Positions 13,677-22,837 of a stretch of 24,532 bases of DNA are shown piece by piece. A program made the position numbers and the translations under genes. Under the pieces are notes generated by a model, which ran no database searches, had not been told where the DNA came from, and worked only from the letters and a program-made list of their open reading frames with translations. The first letter of the stretch is position 1. Each line of letters starts with the position of its first letter. The DNA is taken from IMG/VR virus record IMGVR_UViG_3300044645_001351, positions 1 through 24,532 of that record; one strand, given 5' to 3'. The DNA comes from a virus. Lineage: Duplodnaviria; Caudoviricetes.

Positions 13677-16582
13677 CAGTTCAGCACTCCTGCGAAGGCT
13701 GCGGTGTTCTGTGCGATCTGCGCGAGGTAGCGGTTCGCTTCGACCATGACGGGCTGCATGCTACCGTCCGTCGCCATCGCGCTTGTGGCTCCTGCTGCGC
13801 CTTGGCGTGCAACGGCCGCCGATTCGGTCGCGGTCGCGATGCGAGTCAGCAGGTCGGTCTGCGCAACGGACTCCGACAGCATCTGATCGCCTTGATCGCC
13901 AGCGAACTTGAACTGCCCGAAGGCCGTGTCGAATGACTGCACCATCGACTGCGCCTCGTCGGGCTTTGCGTTCGTCAGTGCGAGTTGCGCCTGCAACTGA
14001 TCGAACTGCTGCAACTGCGCGTCGGTCGCGCCCTTCTCGGCCAACTTCTCTCGCTCGAATGCCACATCGCCGATCTGTGACTTGCGCACTTCGTCCTGCA
14101 GGTTCGACAAGGTGCTTGCGATGTCCTCTTGATCCTTCTTGGCCTTCTCGGCTGCTGCGATCGCGCTCTCCATCTCCATCGCCTTCGTCACCGCATCGTC
14201 AAGGTCTTTGCCAAGCAGACCAGCAGCCTCTGCCAGTCGCCTGATCTGCTGCTCGCGACTGGTCGTCGCATCGAGCAGCGACTTGTCCAAGCCCTTCATG
14301 AAGTCGCCCCACGCCTTCTGACCTTCCGCGAGTTGCGTGCGCTCCTCGATGGCCGCGTTCAGCAACAGCGCATCGTTGATCGCCTTCTGATCTGCACCCG
14401 CCTGCTTCAACTTGTAGACCAACTTCTCCTTCTCGGTCATCAGCGCGGTGTCTGCCTGCTGCTGCAGGTCGTCCATGATGCCCTTCACATCCTCCGCGAT
14501 CTTCTGCTGCTCGTTGAAGAGCGCGATCTTCTCTTGCAGTGCCTGCGCCTCTGCGAGTTGCGCGGGGCTCGCACCGAGTCGCTGCATCTCGCCCAACTTC
14601 TTCTGGTCGTCGGTCATGCCCAACTGCGATGCCTCAAGGCGCAGGTCGTCCATCATCTTGCCGAGGTCTTCAAGACGCTTGGTCGCTTCCTTGTTCTCAA
14701 CCTTCGGGATGATCGGGTTGCTGTCGACCGTTGCCTTTGCATTCGTGTACCCCTTTGCTATTCCCTCGGCCACGGCAATCGTCGCATCTGGCATGAAGGC
14801 ATCGATGCCTGCGCCCAATGCCTCCATCACATCTCCACCTGCACCCTTCGCCGCCTCCTTGAGTGTGTCCACCGAGCCGGAGACAATCTTTCCAATCTGT
14901 CCGCTGATGTCATGCCCAGCACCAATCAGCCACTCCATCGCGTAGACGATTGCTTGCATAACACCGAGAACTGCTGTGAACGCTCCAACCAAGATCGTGA
15001 CAATCACACCACCGAGGGCTTGGATGATGTTCCACACAACTCGCAGTGCATTCAAGATGAGTGCGATGATGTCATAGATGAAAGCCACTGCTACGGCGAT
15101 TGCTTGCATCCCGCCGAGCATCCCATTGAAGTCGGTGCTCATCATCTCGCGCAACGAGTCAGCCATGCCCTGCACCGCTGGCCCGAACGCGCTCGCGAAC
15201 ATCATCTTCAGGTTGTCGAAGGCGCGGTACATCGCATCGACTCGATCTGATGTCTGATCCAGTCCAGAGATCATGCTGTCGGGCAACTTCAAAGACGCGG
15301 CAATCGTGTTGGCCTCTGCTAGTTCAGTTGCAGTGGCATTGACGGCCGCGGCCATACCAATGCCGCCACGACCGAACAGGTCGCGCAGCGACTTGACCTT
15401 GGCTCCTTGAGTACCCAACTGACGCACCTTGCCCAGCACGACCTCAAGTCCCTGTGCTGCGTCCTTGCCTTGCAGTGAGTTGATGTCAATGCCGAGCCGC
15501 TTGAACTTGGCGGCAGCATCCTCGCTGCCTTCAAGTGCGTTCTCCAACTCGATCTGCAGTTTCTGCATCGCGCTCTCTGCGGTACCTGCTGGCACGCCGA
15601 TCATGGCCATCGAGTCGCGCAGACCAGTCAGCGCAGACGAACTGATGCCGAGCGCGATCGCTTGATCATTCAGTTCGCTCGCTTGCTTCGCCATCGCGAT
15701 GGTCAATCCAATCGCACTTGCCGTGGCTGCGACCATGCCTCCTGCTAGGAACGCGACTCCTGCGCCGCTAGTGATTGCGAGTCGACCGACTTCCTTGACT
15801 GCGGACTTCGCGCCATCAAGTTTGCTTTGCAGTCCAGCGACCACGCCTTTGGCTTCACCAAGTTTGGTCTGCAGCCCACTGACCACGCCTTGGCTGGTGT
15901 CAGCCGCCTTCTGCAATGCAGCGCGATCAACACCACCATCACGCCCAATCGTGACTCCGCGACTCTCAAGCACAGACTTGGTTCGGCCAGTCTTTGCCGC
16001 GACCGCACTCAACTCTTTCTCGACTCGGACGCGCTCGCGAGCCAAAGCAGTCAGCCTTTCAAGTGCAGCGTATTGGCGTTGATTCGCGCCATCGACGGCG
16101 ACGCTGCTGGCCGACTTCACTACCTGCTCTTGCGCCTTCTTGTATTCGGCTGTCGCTGCTGCGACCCGATCTTTGATTCGTGAAAGCGTGCCTTCAATGT
16201 CGCGCTGTTGAAACAGCATCTTGCTGTACTTCGCGCCTGCATTGAGATCGCCTTGTGCCTTCGTCGCTTGGGCTGTGGCTGCAGTCAGTTTTGTCTGCAA
16301 TGAGGCAACGCGCTCGACGCCTTTGGCTGCCTCCCTCTCGATTGCGGCTACCGCATCCTTTGCGCTGGCCGTTGCGGTCTTCGACTTGCCTGCAACACCC
16401 TGTATGGCTTGGAAGACCTTTTCGATCGGGCCGAGGATGCCGCCGAGGCCGGGGATGTTGGACAGCGAACCGCTGATGTCGCTCTTCAGCGACTTCACCA
16501 GTGATCGCGCCTTCTGCGTGCCCTTCTCCAGACCTTGCGTCGAGGCACCGATGTTGACGAATAGATTGCCTACTGTCGCCAT
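13676..16582 (-). CDS. Tail tape measure protein
   Basis: 968 aa, MATVGNLFVNIGAST start, Ala/Gln/Lys-rich helical, central hydrophobic segment; follows the chaperone genes. Confidence 0.92.
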   Translation of the reverse strand: MATVGNLFVNIGASTQGLEKGTQKARSLVKSLKSDISGSLSNIPGLGGILGPIEKVFQAIQGVAGKSKTATASAKDAVAAIEREAAKGVERVASLQTKLTAATAQATKAQGDLNAGAKYSKMLFQQRDIEGTLSRIKDRVAAATAEYKKAQEQVVKSASSVAVDGANQRQYAALERLTALARERVRVEKELSAVAAKTGRTKSVLESRGVTIGRDGGVDRAALQKAADTSQGVVSGLQTKLGEAKGVVAGLQSKLDGAKSAVKEVGRLAITSGAGVAFLAGGMVAATASAIGLTIAMAKQASELNDQAIALGISSSALTGLRDSMAMIGVPAGTAESAMQKLQIELENALEGSEDAAAKFKRLGIDINSLQGKDAAQGLEVVLGKVRQLGTQGAKVKSLRDLFGRGGIGMAAAVNATATELAEANTIAASLKLPDSMISGLDQTSDRVDAMYRAFDNLKMMFASAFGPAVQGMADSLREMMSTDFNGMLGGMQAIAVAVAFIYDIIALILNALRVVWNIIQALGGVIVTILVGAFTAVLGVMQAIVYAMEWLIGAGHDISGQIGKIVSGSVDTLKEAAKGAGGDVMEALGAGIDAFMPDATIAVAEGIAKGYTNAKATVDSNPIIPKVENKEATKRLEDLGKMMDDLRLEASQLGMTDDQKKLGEMQRLGASPAQLAEAQALQEKIALFNEQQKIAEDVKGIMDDLQQQADTALMTEKEKLVYKLKQAGADQKAINDALLLNAAIEERTQLAEGQKAWGDFMKGLDKSLLDATTSREQQIRRLAEAAGLLGKDLDDAVTKAMEMESAIAAAEKAKKDQEDIASTLSNLQDEVRKSQIGDVAFEREKLAEKGATDAQLQQFDQLQAQLALTNAKPDEAQSMVQSFDTAFGQFKFAGDQGDQMLSESVAQTDLLTRIATATESAAVARQGAAGATSAMATDGSMQPVMVEANRYLAQIAQNTAAFAGVLN

Positions 16583-16626
16583 GTGGTCAGGATAGGTGCG
16601 TGGGTTCGCGTTTCATAGCGCGACAG

Positions 16627-16962
16627 TCATTGCGGCTTGGCTTTGGCGTTGAAGGCTTGCGCGAATGCAAGGAACGCCTCTTGCGCCTCACCGATGTCCT
16701 GCTCGGGCTTGGGCATGAACGGCATGAAGTCCTTCGGCTCAAATGGCTTCTTGCCCGGTCGGCGATTCATGTTCGCCTGCAGCGCACACATCAGCCCCGT
16801 CTGATAGTCCGAACGCCATGCACCGATCGGCTCGACAGAGTCGAACGCGATCCACTCGGTGAGTTCAGCAGAGTCGATGCGGTCGAGCAGTTCGCCGACC
16901 GTGCATCCGAGGGCTAGCGCGAGTCGGAAGTAGAAGCGTCTTGCGCCGCCCCCTCGGAGTTT
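16627..16962 (-). CDS. Tail assembly chaperone gpT-like extension, reached by -1 frameshift
   Basis: The -1 frame after the slippery site reads KLRGGGARRFYFRLALALGCTVGELLDRIDSAELTEWIAFDSVEPIGAWRSDYQTG...KPFEPKDFMPF...KAKPQ* (stop 16627-16629). Confidence 0.85.
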   Translation of the reverse strand, partial: KLRGGGARRFYFRLALALGCTVGELLDRIDSAELTEWIAFDSVEPIGAWRSDYQTGLMCALQANMNRRPGKKPFEPKDFMPFMPKPEQDIGEAQEAFLAFAQAFNAKAKPQ

Positions 16963-17312
16963 CCCGCGAGTTCCTCGACATCGTTCGACGACAGGCCGGA
17001 CAGACGCTGCGCGATGGTGAACAGTTCGTCCAGCACCGATGCGGGCAGATCGCCCACGGCATCAACCTCGGTGTCTGCGAACAGTCGAGCGCCCTTCTCG
17101 TCGCACAGTGCGCGGCACAGCAACTTCGCGCGAATGTTCTCGGTGTTGAGCACGCGCGTCTTGCCGCGCTGCTGGAAGCAGGCAGACTCAAATGCGTCGC
17201 GCTCGCGCCCAGTCAGGCTGCGGATGTACACGGGTTCAGACAGGTCGGCGACATTGACGCGCTCGATCTTGAGCGAGCCACGCAGTGCAAGCAGGTTCGA
17301 CTTGAGAGACAT
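16914..17312 (-). CDS. Tail assembly chaperone (lambda gpG-like)
   Basis: VYIRSLTGRERDAFE...LCDEKGARLF...LSGLS; slippery G GGA AAC near the end. Confidence 0.88.
   Translation of the reverse strand: MSLKSNLLALRGSLKIERVNVADLSEPVYIRSLTGRERDAFESACFQQRGKTRVLNTENIRAKLLCRALCDEKGARLFADTEVDAVGDLPASVLDELFTIAQRLSGLSSNDVEELAGNSEGAAQDASTSDSR
16959..16965 (-). other. -1 programmed ribosomal frameshift site GGGAAAC
   Basis: X XXY YYZ heptamer in frame (GCG GGA AAC) at the end of the chaperone gene, with an open -1 frame behind it. Confidence 0.85.
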
Positions 17313-17363
17313 GTGGTTCCTTTGGTTGAGGTGAACGATCCAGTCCGCTGGATGCTACCAATG

Positions 17364-17398
17364 AAAAGGCGGCGGCAGGCCGAAGCCATACCGCCGCC
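17364..17398 (-). terminator. Probable intrinsic terminator after the tail-tube genes
   Basis: GGCGGCGG..GGC-TTCG-GCC..CCGCCGCC followed by TTTT on the minus strand. Confidence 0.65.
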
Positions 17399-17415
17399 CG
17401 TCCGGGGGACTTGTG

Positions 17416-17808
17416 TTAGGCGACCGAGATCGCGCCGCTGATGCGCAGCGTGTAGGTGGCCGTGACTGCGCCGTCCAGCGCGGCCTCGGTTGAGACCGCC
17501 TGCACATACGCGCTGAAGGTGAAGGTCGGGCCACCACCACCAGATGCGCCGAAGCGCAGCACGAAAGAACTCGGGCTGGCGCTGCCTGCGGTGGGGAGAT
17601 CAGGCAGAGCCGCGGTGTCGACCATGACGGTGACCTCGACCGTGCCGCCATCGCGTGTGCCCATGATGTAGTTCTTGGAGGTGTCGGACAACTGCGTGAC
17701 ATCGATCTCGGCCGTGCTGATGCCGCCGAGATTGATCGCGGTGATGATGCCACTGACCGAGCCCGAGCCAGTTGTGAATGCTGTTCCGGTTGTGCTGATT
17801 GCTGCCAT
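17416..17808 (-). CDS. Tail tube protein, paralog 2
   Basis: GGISTAEIDVTQLSDTSKNYIMGTRDGGTVEV...FTFSAYVQ...ATYTLRISG, lambda-like tube motifs. Confidence 0.85.
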   Translation of the reverse strand: MAAISTTGTAFTTGSGSVSGIITAINLGGISTAEIDVTQLSDTSKNYIMGTRDGGTVEVTVMVDTAALPDLPTAGSASPSSFVLRFGASGGGGPTFTFSAYVQAVSTEAALDGAVTATYTLRISGAISVA

Positions 17809-17820
17809 GGTGTGTTCCTA

Positions 17821-18237
17821 TTACGAGGTGACGGATGCGACGGTGATCGAACCACTGACTCGGAGCGTGTAGGTCGCCGTGACCTGCGCATCCAAAGCGG
17901 CTTCGACAGAGACATTCTGGATGTACGCGCTGAAGGTGAATCGCGGGCAGGCATTGCCGACCGCAGGCGTTCCGAAGGTCAGCGTGTACGCATAGGGCGT
18001 TGAGTCACCAGCGGTCGGCAGCGTGAGTGCGGCCGCGCCAGTGTCAACATTCACACCGACTTCGATCGTGCCGCCATCCAGCGTGCCCATCACATAACTC
18101 TTTGAGGTATCGCCAATGCCCGTCACATCAATCTCGGCGGTGCTGATGCCGCCGAGGCTGACGCTCGTGACGGCTCCCTTGATCGTGGCCGCATCACTGC
18201 CGCCGAAGATCGTTCCGATAGTGCTGATTGCTGCCAT
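17821..18237 (-). CDS. Tail tube protein, paralog 1
   Basis: GGISTAEIDVTGIGDTSKSYVMGTLDGGTIEV...FTFSAYIQ...ATYTLRVSG. Confidence 0.85.
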   Translation of the reverse strand: MAAISTIGTIFGGSDAATIKGAVTSVSLGGISTAEIDVTGIGDTSKSYVMGTLDGGTIEVGVNVDTGAAALTLPTAGDSTPYAYTLTFGTPAVGNACPRFTFSAYIQNVSVEAALDAQVTATYTLRVSGSITVASVTS

Positions 18238-18238
18238 G

Positions 18239-18685
18239 TCAGTTGTCCTCTTGGTACAAGATCGAGTAGATGCTTGAGTGCAGGTAGGCTCCAGTTGCCT
18301 CTCCTGCGCTCGGCGGTTGGTAGTTCGTCAGACTCTTGGAGTGTAGAGAGTGCAGAACGCGAATGGAAGTCGCACCAGCACCAGCCGTGCTGTAAGTCCA
18401 CCCGGCTGCCCCATGCAGGCTGGCGTAGATGACCTCTGCGATCTCGCTGCACTGCTTGGCCGTAGCAGCCACGATCGCCAACTCCACCTCTGCCTTGCGC
18501 AGCGTGGTCGCGCTCGCAACCAGCGCACCCGAGGTCTCCTCTTGGGTCAGCGAAACAACGATGCAGGGCAGCGCGCCGTCCTGTGCGCGAGCCTCCGGGT
18601 AGATGCGCGCGCCGACCACTCCGCTCACGCCTGCGTTGGCCGCAAGACGAGTAACCACAGCGCGCACGATTGGGTACATGGTCAC
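18239..18685 (-). CDS. Tail completion/terminator protein (DUF3168-like)
   Basis: LAANAGVSGVVGARIYP...LPCIV motif and gene position. Confidence 0.8.
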   Translation of the reverse strand: MTMYPIVRAVVTRLAANAGVSGVVGARIYPEARAQDGALPCIVVSLTQEETSGALVASATTLRKAEVELAIVAATAKQCSEIAEVIYASLHGAAGWTYSTAGAGATSIRVLHSLHSKSLTNYQPPSAGEATGAYLHSSIYSILYQEDN

Positions 18686-19221
18686 GCTACGCCCTCCGCT
18701 TCGATCTGCTGCTTGACGACCGAGACAAAGGTCGCCTCTGCCTGTGAGCGATTCGACTCAAAGGCGGGGCGCATGAATGGCTTGGCCTCGATCTTGCGCG
18801 GTCGCACCTTGAAGCCGAAGACATGCGTGAGCCGGAAGCCGAACTCAAGCAGGTGCGCGAGTGTCGCCTGCAACTTGGCTCCACGCAACACCTTTGGACG
18901 CTGCCTTGCAGACTGCCCGTAGAACACGGCGAGCCTGCCGATCGTCTTGTATCGACTGCCCATGCGTCCCTTGACCCGCACCATGATGCGCGAAGCGATT
19001 GATCGGCGAACGGTGTTGGTCGGCTCTTGCACACTCAAGGCCAGCACATTCGCCTTGGCTGACTTCATCATGCGCTCAAGGGCAGGCTTGACTGCCTTCT
19101 TGAACACCCGCTCCTGCATTCGCGGCGCGATGCCCTTTAGTCGCGTCTCCAACTCCTTGTCACCTGTGATCGATGCAAGGCTTCGGACATTGACTTGGCC
19201 GACGCTGACTTTGCGTGCCAT
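18682..19221 (-). CDS. HK97 gp10-like tail component
   Basis: ITGDKELETRL...AHLLEFG...AKPFMRPAFE; start at ATG 19221 (TAATG coupling). Confidence 0.85.
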   Translation of the reverse strand: MARKVSVGQVNVRSLASITGDKELETRLKGIAPRMQERVFKKAVKPALERMMKSAKANVLALSVQEPTNTVRRSIASRIMVRVKGRMGSRYKTIGRLAVFYGQSARQRPKVLRGAKLQATLAHLLEFGFRLTHVFGFKVRPRKIEAKPFMRPAFESNRSQAEATFVSVVKQQIEAEGVA

Positions 19222-19538
19222 TAGGCAATCGACTCCGCGATGATCTTCCACAGAGATGAATCGCCGTATGGGTCGATGATGTCGGTCACATTGAAGTCGC
19301 TGCCGCCGTAGGAGATTCTGCTGCGCGTGGTGAGCGTGAACGGCTGCCGAATCACGATGCTCAACTTGCGACGGCGCACCGTTCCGTCCTGCTCTTGATC
19401 CTCTGCCATCTGCTGCTCGGTCACTTCACCCCACACGGTCGTGCCCGCTGGGTAGGTCTCGATTGCCTGACCGAAGGCATCCTGCGCCGTGGTCGGAGTC
19501 GAGATCGTGACTCGATGGCGCAGAAGCCCGGCTCTCAC
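19221..19538 (-). CDS. Head closure / head-tail adaptor (SPP1 gp16-like)
   Basis: MRAGLLRHRVTI...QDAFGQ...TVWGEV motif. Confidence 0.88.
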   Translation of the reverse strand: MRAGLLRHRVTISTPTTAQDAFGQAIETYPAGTTVWGEVTEQQMAEDQEQDGTVRRRKLSIVIRQPFTLTTRSRISYGGSDFNVTDIIDPYGDSSLWKIIAESIA

Positions 19539-20137
19539 GGCATCACCTCTCCAACGCGCACAGCATCAAGCAACGCACGCACAGTCAGATTGAGTGAGTT
19601 GGTGGACGAGCCGACCACCTCTGCTTCGCGGTTGGCGTACCAGTGGCCCACCAGCAGCAGGATCGCCTGCTTCGCTGCGGTCGGGACGGTCGTGCCTGCG
19701 GTGAATGTGACGCGCACCGCGTCCTCAATCGGAAGCGTGATCGGCCACGCCTCTGTCGCGGTGGCGACTGGCTTGCGAATGCGTGCGACCGCCAGCCCAG
19801 TCACGAGTCGGAAGTCTGTGCCGGATGTCATCGTCACTGTCGATGCGTCGTCGGCGATGTAGGTGATGGACGAGATCGAAGCGACTGCAGAGCGCGGGAT
19901 GATGATGTCACCACCTGCCTCCGGGAATCGACTCAACTCAAGTCGCCAACTTGTGCTGATCAGCGTGCAGCCCGTCAGAGCCTCGCAATACTCGCGACCT
20001 GCGGTGATCAGCGTGGTCAGCAGCGAGTCTTCGGTTGATCCATCGACTCGGCAGTGCAACTTCGCCTCGGCCAGCGTGACTGGCTCCGGCGCGGTCGTGC
20101 TCAGTCGCGCGAGTCGAGCGTTTGGGTACGGTCGCAT
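19535..20137 (-). CDS. Head-tail connector (gp6/gp15-like)
   Basis: EPVTLAEAKLHCRVD..EDSLL..LITAGREYCE...KQAILLLVGHWYANRE. Confidence 0.92.
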   Translation of the reverse strand: MRPYPNARLARLSTTAPEPVTLAEAKLHCRVDGSTEDSLLTTLITAGREYCEALTGCTLISTSWRLELSRFPEAGGDIIIPRSAVASISSITYIADDASTVTMTSGTDFRLVTGLAVARIRKPVATATEAWPITLPIEDAVRVTFTAGTTVPTAAKQAILLLVGHWYANREAEVVGSSTNSLNLTVRALLDAVRVGEVMP

Positions 20138-20331
20138 GCGGTTGCCTTCTTGGGCTTGAGGACTGCGGTCTCAACGACCTTGACCGCTTCGGCCACCTTG
20201 CTCTTGATGAGATCGGCCGCGACCTCGCTCGGCACATCGATGACCTCGCCCTTGCCAGCAAGTTGCGGCACGGGCTGCTTCTGACTGTTGGCGTAGGTCA
20301 CCAGTGCGGTGTCAAGCATCCTGATCTTCAT
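20101..20331 (-). CDS. Small capsid-adjacent hypothetical protein
   Basis: CAGGAG RBS; GEVIDVPSEVAADLIKSKVAE resembles small proteins found after capsid genes. Confidence 0.7.
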   Translation of the reverse strand: MKIRMLDTALVTYANSQKQPVPQLAGKGEVIDVPSEVAADLIKSKVAEAVKVVETAVLKPKKATACDRTQTLDSRD

Positions 20332-20349
20332 GCCGTTCTCCTGTTAGTG

Positions 20350-20383
20350 AAAGGCCCCACCGCAGGGTCGCTGCGGTGGGGCC
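20350..20383 (-). terminator. Hairpin/terminator after the major capsid gene
   Basis: 13-bp stem GGCCCCACCGCAG/CTGCGGTGGGGCC followed by TTTC on the minus strand. Confidence 0.65.
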
Positions 20384-20401
20384 GTGCATCATGCCTCAGA
20401 C

Positions 20402-21712
20402 TCAGGCCTTGATCTTCAGGTAGCGGAACGCATCAAGCACGCTCACATCCGAAGCGTGGCGGCTGAATGCGAAGTAGCCAGTCTGGTTGTTCTCAAGGTA
20501 AGTCTCGCGAGCGACCTTGACCGACACCGACTCGCGCTCGCCGATGTGGAAGTAATCGAAGTTGCCGAAGACACCAGTGATCGCACCACCAGCGAAGGCG
20601 TTGCCGCCGTTGCAGCAGTAGATCGGGTAGCCGAGCAGACGATCAGGCTCGCCGCCCTGCAGACGACCGTCACCGAGCGACCACGCGAACGGAGCGTAAG
20701 AACCGCCGCCGCTGGTCGTGATCGCAGTGGCCTGCAGCAGAGCGCGAATCTTGAAGAACATCGCGTCAGTCATCACCCACGCTGCGCCATCGCGATACTG
20801 ACGAGGCAGTGCGGCGATCACATTGAGAAGATCGTTGGCCACCACAGTGCTGGCGGTTGCGGTCTCAACAGCAGTGATCACGCGAGTTGCGGTGAACGAG
20901 AAGATGCCCTTCGGGTTGGGCGCAGTGCCGTTGCCCGTGCAGAAGGCGGCTTCTTCGGCCTCGCCCATCGACTTGCCGAACTGACGAGCAAGGATGGACT
21001 CGACATTGAACGCGGGGCCGCGGCTCGGCGCATCGGCGATCAGTTCGTTGCTCACCTTGGTGAAGCAGCGCAGCGTGCGAGGAGTCAGCACCAACTGATC
21101 GAAGGTGCCAGAGTTCTCGGTGAGCGACGATGCTTCGGTCTTGTAGGTCGCGGTGGGGTAGGCGTTCTCGAAGACCACTTCGGTCTCAAAGGTGCCGAGC
21201 GGGATCACATTCGCGATCTGACGCATCACATTGGCCTGCAGACGCTTCTCAATCAGCGTGGTCAGGAACTCGGTGGCGGGCAGATAGCCGCCGCTCGCGT
21301 CCGTGCCTTCGCTGAGTGCGCGCTGCTCGTCAGGACGCAGATCGTTCACACCAACGCGCAGGTAGCGACCGAAGGCGCTGCGGTACTCGTCGCTGTCCAC
21401 GAACTTGCGCAGAGCATTGCCACGCTTGCCATCGGTGCGATCCTTGCTGACTGCGTCAGCGCGACGATCCATCGTCTTGGTCGCCAGAGCCTGCGCATCA
21501 AGGAAGCGGTAGTGCTGATCGCGCATGGTGATCAGTTCGCTCAGTCGAGCGTTCATCGAGTTGTACTGCGCTTCCTTCTCTCCGGCCATGGGCTGTCCGG
21601 CTTCGGACATGCCATCGACCATCGACTTCATCATCTCGTAGACCTTGCCGATCTCGTCGGTGATCTCACGGATGCTCATCTTCTTCGTCTCGCCAGTGCT
21701 GTCCATCTTCAT
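20402..21712 (-). CDS. Major capsid protein, HK97 family (with N-terminal delta domain)
   Basis: Coiled-coil N-terminus, RALSEGTDASGGYLP, KVSNELIAD, AFCTGNG..PKGI, DRLLGYPI, FGNF; AAGGAG RBS. Confidence 0.95.
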   Translation of the reverse strand: MKMDSTGETKKMSIREITDEIGKVYEMMKSMVDGMSEAGQPMAGEKEAQYNSMNARLSELITMRDQHYRFLDAQALATKTMDRRADAVSKDRTDGKRGNALRKFVDSDEYRSAFGRYLRVGVNDLRPDEQRALSEGTDASGGYLPATEFLTTLIEKRLQANVMRQIANVIPLGTFETEVVFENAYPTATYKTEASSLTENSGTFDQLVLTPRTLRCFTKVSNELIADAPSRGPAFNVESILARQFGKSMGEAEEAAFCTGNGTAPNPKGIFSFTATRVITAVETATASTVVANDLLNVIAALPRQYRDGAAWVMTDAMFFKIRALLQATAITTSGGGSYAPFAWSLGDGRLQGGEPDRLLGYPIYCCNGGNAFAGGAITGVFGNFDYFHIGERESVSVKVARETYLENNQTGYFAFSRHASDVSVLDAFRYLKIKA

Positions 21713-21730
21713 GCTCCTTGGGGTGTTGAA

Positions 21731-22837
21731 TCAGGCTCCGGGCGACACGAGTGCCCAACCTGCAGTTGCTTCCATGAACGATCCGGCTGCGCGATACGCC
21801 GCGTGGATCACGGTCTGATTGTTGCTCATTAGCGACTCGCTGTCCAGTTTGACTGTCAGTGGCTGATCGAAGTGCAGCCACGCCGTCAGATCGACGAGCA
21901 TTGCCCACGCACCGCCAGTCTGATTGTGAACAGCAGCCATGCCCGTCGATGTATGAATCGGGCAGCCGAGGTACGCGGTGTGCCACATGTCATTCAGTGG
22001 CGATGCCGCCTTCAAAGCAGATCGCTTTTCCAACTTCACTGACGACGACAGTTCCTGCTCGCCTCCACCGCCTTCTTCTGCAGCAGGCGCACCGAGTGCC
22101 CAGTCAGGCGTGCCTGCCTGACCCGGCGTGGTGATCTCACCAGCGCCGTATGCGCCACCGAACTGTCCGATCGCATTGCTCAATGCCGCAGACGGCGTGT
22201 TGGTCTCTCCGATCAAGCGGCGATAGAGGTAGTCCTCTTGACGCACGCCGAGCGTGGACAGCGTGTTGCGACCTTCCTGCGTTCCCCAGTTCTCCGCGCC
22301 GCTCGGTGAGAAAATCCAGCATGCACGCTGGCGATAGGTGTTGCTCAAGTTGGCCCAGCACTTGAAGCCACTGTGGTCGCTGATGCCAGTAGTTGCGCCA
22401 GTGCCGATCTTGCCGATGTCGAAGTGATCGGCCTCGGTGTAGCGACTGTCGGTGACAAGCGAAGTGCGGATGTCCGTCACGATCTTCGCCGCGACGGTCT
22501 CTGCGATCTGTCCTGCGAGACGCTGCGCGATGAACGGATACACGGCCGAGTCGGCCAGCAGTTCGTTGCTCACGGTGATGCGAGCGCGATAGGTCGCGAG
22601 ATCACTGCTCTTGAGACCAAAGGTCGGATCGAATGCGCTGGTGCTGGTCGTCGCTGCTTCAGCCGCCGTCGCAATCGTGCCCGTCGTCGCGGTCGTCGCA
22701 TACGGGTAGATCATGCCGCGAGGGCCAGTCGCTCGCGAGATGTAAGACATCGGGAAGGTATCGTAGAGACGCAGCCACGCCATCTCTGCGATGGCGCGTG
22801 GTGCGAGTTGCCCGTTGCCGTTGTTAGACAGTGCCAT
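21731..22837 (-). CDS. Second, divergent HK97-fold capsid-like protein lacking the delta domain
   Basis: NGQLAP~GGYLP, PTF..ITVSNELLADS, YRQRACWIFS~YRDGAAWVMT, YLGCPIH~LLGYPIY, ESLMSNNQT~ETYLENNQT. Confidence 0.8.
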   Translation of the reverse strand: MALSNNGNGQLAPRAIAEMAWLRLYDTFPMSYISRATGPRGMIYPYATTATTGTIATAAEAATTSTSAFDPTFGLKSSDLATYRARITVSNELLADSAVYPFIAQRLAGQIAETVAAKIVTDIRTSLVTDSRYTEADHFDIGKIGTGATTGISDHSGFKCWANLSNTYRQRACWIFSPSGAENWGTQEGRNTLSTLGVRQEDYLYRRLIGETNTPSAALSNAIGQFGGAYGAGEITTPGQAGTPDWALGAPAAEEGGGGEQELSSSVKLEKRSALKAASPLNDMWHTAYLGCPIHTSTGMAAVHNQTGGAWAMLVDLTAWLHFDQPLTVKLDSESLMSNNQTVIHAAYRAAGSFMEATAGWALVSPGA

